A stretch of 53,231 nucleotides of DNA, filler included, from Squatina squatina (Eukaryota), in NCBI GenBank assembly GCA_031763465.1. It is 3 parts of 3 records of this genome, joined end to end, with 100 filler letters (N's around TTAATTAATTAA, not from the genome) between each part and the next. Parts side by side here need not be neighbours in the genome. Positions count along the whole stretch, not along the records: positions 33,395 to 53,231 come from JARFOE010000234.1; 2 more parts are not named here. One strand, 5' to 3'. A model generated the notes under the pieces. It searched no databases, was not told the DNA's origin, and was given only the letters and a program-made list of their open reading frames with translations. Numbering within the stretch: position 1 is the stretch's first letter; each line of letters opens with the position of its first letter. This document shows positions 49,728 through 53,231 of this stretch, one piece after another. A program made the translations under genes and the position numbers.

Positions 49728-49824
49728 GGTGGGAGGAGCCTTTGGGAATGTCTAATAATAGCTGCCTCTGTGATTGGGACAACTTGTTAGCGGGGGTGGA
49801 GGTTGAGGGCGAATGGCTATAAAA
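49728..49824 (+). promoter_or_regulatory. Candidate TATA promoter or enhancer (GC box, TEAD, MEF2, CCAAT, TATA)
   Basis: GGGAGGAGC, GGAATG 49745-49750, CTAATAATAG 49752-49761, GATTGG, GGGGGTGGAG, TATAAAA 49818-49824. Confidence 0.4.
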
Positions 49825-50751
49825 CTGAGAGTCTTACCAAATGTCCTCGAGCTTCAGCTGTGTGACATTTGCAAGGCTTGCCGACATGGTATCCCATGTC
49901 TCTAAGAATTCAGTTGCTAGGGGCAATGATTTCCTGCAAAAACGGTCCGTTGGAGGCCNNNNNNNNNNNNNNNNNNNNNNNNNNNNNNNNNNNNNNNNNN
50001 NNNNNNNNNNNNNNNNNNNNNNNNNNNNNNNNNNNNNNNNNNNNNNNNNNNNNNNNNNTTCAGACACCTGGGTATCTGGAGAATTTAATGCTCTTACTCT
50101 GCCTTTGCTGACCCTGTAGCACTGTAACAAAGCAAAAAGGAATGAATGAGATTACGCGGGTTATGGATTTCTCTGCTGGTTTGCTGTATTTTAAACCAAA
50201 AAGCCAGCTAGTTGGATGAAAGGCTTTGATGAGAATGGCAGAAGGTAAGAAGGGACTACTGGTTTCAGTGATATTGTATTAATGACTATTCTTGGGGGAA
50301 ATGAGGTTCAGGATTGATTTAAAATGAAGTCGTTTCTCCATAACTAGAATTGCAAAACAGGCAAATGATGTTTAAGTTCATTTTCTGTTCAATCAGCTTC
50401 TGTTTGTAAGGCACGGCACTATACAGTGGTTGAGGAGAGTAATTGTTTCAGTGAAATACGTGAAGAATAATGGATGTCTGTGAGTGATCCATTCGAGGTG
50501 ATCAATGGAAAATCTGTATGAGGGGAATTAATCGTGAGCTGTTTGTAACTGCTGTTTAAACCCTCCGATTGAACTAGCCTTGAAATTATTCTCTGCTGTC
50601 TCTTACTGTTTCTGACATGGAAGGTTTTATTTGATATGGGAAGTTATTGTGNNNNNNNNNNNNNNNNNNNNNNNNNNNNNNNNNNNNNNNNNNNNNNNNN
50701 NNNNNNNNNNNNNNNNNNNNNNNNNNNNNNNNNNNNNNNNNNNNNNNNNNN

Positions 50752-51068
50752 ACACAATTTCCTCACCTCCTCCTACAAGACTGACCTAAGCAGTGGCTGT
50801 GTGTGGGAAAGGCCCCCCTTTAACTATTGATGTGGGCTGATAGGTAAGTGGAAGCAGTTAGGCCAATTGAGGAATTCGACACCTGAAATAAACTAAGAAA
50901 ATCAACGCCCTTTAGCGCTGAAATTAGCACGTTTTTTAAAGTTGTCCATGAGTTTTTTTTCTAAGTGTCGAATTGCTTGACTTTAAAAAAAATTTCAAAG
51001 ACCTGAACTTAGCACTCCGCAATTCGCCTGTTAGCGCCAGAAACTCAGGGCAGTCAAATTGGGCGCCT
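50752..51068. mobile_element. MITE end (Harbinger-like)
   Basis: Ends in TIR-like CAAATTGGGCGCC; internal GCGCTGAAATTAGC motifs shared with other MITE fragments (13497-13566). Confidence 0.45.
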
Positions 51069-51593
51069 CTGGTATCTGAGTAAATAGGGCAAGCACCTGT
51101 GAGATTGAAGGATTGTGAAATGAACAATGAAAGGACTGAGATCTCTGGCAGGGGAGGGGAGCCACAGCAGCATAGTGACCCAGGTGGGTTTTGTGGAGCC
51201 TGGAGTAGCAATCCTGCTCCTCCCGGCCCCAACAAGAGTAAAGAAGTTCTTGCCACTGGGTACTTTTAGGCCGGACTGGCAGCTGATAGTGAGCAGAGCG
51301 CACACAGCCATGTTTGCTCTTGTCCTCGGGAGATTGCAATGGAGTAAGTGGGACATGACTATGAGCTCAGAAAGGTGCATGCCATGGAAAAAGGGATGGA
51401 AACATTGGGAGGGAGCTACTCATAGGGCAAAGTACAAAGATATCAGGACAGCTGAGCCATGGAAAGAGGCATGTTACTTTGTGCATACGGTGGAGCGCTG
51501 GCTGTATCACCATCATGCCTTCTTTTTTGAGGGACAGAAAAGCTGTTGTGGCCAAGAATGCAGACAATCACACATTCCTGTTATTTCTTTCAG

Positions 51594-51708
51594 ACTCGAG
51601 GTGGAAATAGAACAGCTGGAGAGAGAAGAATCCCAAATCGCTGCCAAAGAGCAAATCATTCGAGAAAAACTGAGAGAAGCTTAGAAATCCATCGAGGACT
51701 TGCAGAAG
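51594..51708 (+). CDS. PALM2: Paralemmin-2 coiled-coil exon containing an in-frame TAG (51682-51684)
   Basis: tttcag| (R)LEVEIEQLEREESQIAAKEQIIREKLREA*KSIEDLQK |gtaaac versus PALM2 [39 protein letters not shown]. Confidence 0.88.
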
Positions 51709-51877
51709 GTAAACANNNNNNNNNNNNNNNNNNNNNNNNNNNNNNNNNNNNNNNNNNNNNNNNNNNNNNNNNNNNNNNNNNNNNNNNNNNNNNNNNNNNN
51801 NNNNNNNNNNNNNNNTTGATCAGCTGGTCACAATAAAACTATCTGCTCCTTTAATATGCATGTTCTTGATATTACAG

Positions 51878-52638
51878 CAACGTATGCCATGGAGATCAAC
51901 GTACAGAAGGACAAACTGACAGGAGAAACCAAGATCCTCTCCACAGCTCCCTTGAGTCCTGAGGGAGTTCACCAGAGAGGAGTTAAGGTGTACGATGATG
52001 GCAGCAAGGTTGTGTATGAGGTATGTTCTGGAGGTGCAGTGGTGGAGAACGGGGTTCATCACTTAACCACGGTGGAAGTGGATCGGCTGATACACAGAGC
52101 AGGGAGAACAAATGTGAGTGGCAACAAATGCGTGTCGGAATCACTGACTGTATCGGAAAGTAGTGCGTCCGCTGACGATACGAGGAACCCCGGAGATAGC
52201 GGACATAAGAAAGACATGGTTCTCAAGGAAGCCAAGCTGGAAGTGGTCCCTAAAGCTCGTCATCCGGGTCACACAATCCATCCAATTCCGACGGGAGAAG
52301 CTCCCAAGGCCAGTGCTGACCATCCGGTGACAATGATCTTCATGGGGTATCAGAACGTGGAGGACGAGGAGGAAACAAACAAACTGCTGGGCTATGAGGG
52401 CGCCATCCAGGCGGAGCTTGTGCTGATCGATGAAGACGATGAGAAGTCATTGCGAGAGAAGACTGTGACAGACGTCTCCACGGTAGACGGCAATGCAGCC
52501 GAACTGGTGGCTGGGAAGTCAATGACCGAGGCTTCCGAGACGCTGTCGGCGGAAGAGAACGAAGGGACGGACACTGGAACAGAACCTGTCACAGGTACAG
52601 ACAAGAAAAAGCGCTGTAGGTGCTGTACTGTCATGTGA
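51878..52638 (+). CDS. PALM2: Paralemmin-2 terminal exon with polybasic, palmitoylation and CaaX signal
   Basis: ttacag| (A)TYAMEINVQKDKLTGETKILS...GVKVYDDGSKVVYEV...PVTMIFMGYQNVEDEEET...EKSLREKTVTDVSTVDGNAAELV...KKKRCRCCTVM*. Confidence 0.95.
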
Positions 52639-52842
52639 CCTCTTCTCCAGGCTTTACGGTCACGCTATCTCTCACTGACTTTAACCTCATTTTACTAATC
52701 ACACTGACAGCACTGTGAACTGGGAGGGACTGTCCCGTCTCTCCTTCCTTACTTCACTGGAAATGCTCTCTCTAATGCTCAGCTAACTACGGTAGAACCA
52801 ACACCACGACAACTGGTTACTGGTTAGCCCTGTTTTGAATTT

Positions 52843-53135
52843 AACACAGAATTTACAGCACAGAAACAGGCCATTCGGCCCAACAGGTCCATGCCAGTGT
52901 TTATGCTGCTCACGAGCCTCCTCGCATCCTACTTCATCTAACCTTATCTACATAGCCTCTTCTTTTCTCCCTCATGTATTTATCTAGCCCCCCCCTTAAA
53001 GGCATCTATATACTATTTTCCTCAACTACTCCATGTGGTTGCAAATTCCACATTCTAACCACTCTCTGAGTAAAGACGTTTCACCTGAATTCCTTTTTGG
53101 ATTTATTAGTGACTATCTTATATTTGTGGCCCTTG
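52843..53135 (-). mobile_element. CR1 LINE 3' end
   Basis: ACAGCACAGAAACAGGCCATTCGGCCCAAC...TTCCACATTCTAACCACTCTCTG is the reverse complement of a CR1 tail. Confidence 0.8.
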
Positions 53136-53231
53136 TTTCCTTGACAAATGAATGGGTCTTCAATAATATGAAGAATAAGAATTTAGAGAGTTGCCAGTGA
53201 GCAGGATTGAAGAGCAATAGCCAGGTAACAA

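Noticed and set aside
51127-51593. N-terminal part of the 185-aa ORF
   Set aside because: Intronic and repeat read-through; only the part after the acceptor at 51593 matches PALM2

Overview
This is vertebrate genomic DNA, most likely from a cartilaginous fish (inferred from SacSINE1-like Deu-domain SINEs, CR1 LINE tails (TTCTATGT)n, L2 LINEs and many PIF/Harbinger MITEs). It is a fragmented short-read scaffold with many 100-N gaps. Two artificial N44-TTAATTAATTAA-N44 linkers split it into three unrelated pieces. (A) 1-15514: exons of a Rho GDP-dissociation inhibitor (ARHGDIG-like), two tandem protein disulfide isomerase a-domain exons (PDIA2-like and PDILT-like, both lacking an intact CGHC), and a dead Harbinger transposon. 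(B) 15615-33294: SMARCC1/2 exons on the minus strand, head-to-head with a divergent KANSL1-family gene on the plus strand. A histone H4 pseudogene fragment lies in a SMARCC intron, and an isolated DOCK2-like exon with intact splice sites lies in the KANSL intron. (C) 33395-53231: PLPPR1 exons (minus) diverging from PALM2 exons (plus), with an in-frame TAG in one PALM2 exon. Many exons are missing in gaps, and order and distance across gaps are not guaranteed. Comparisons with human proteins are from recalled sequences, not database searches.
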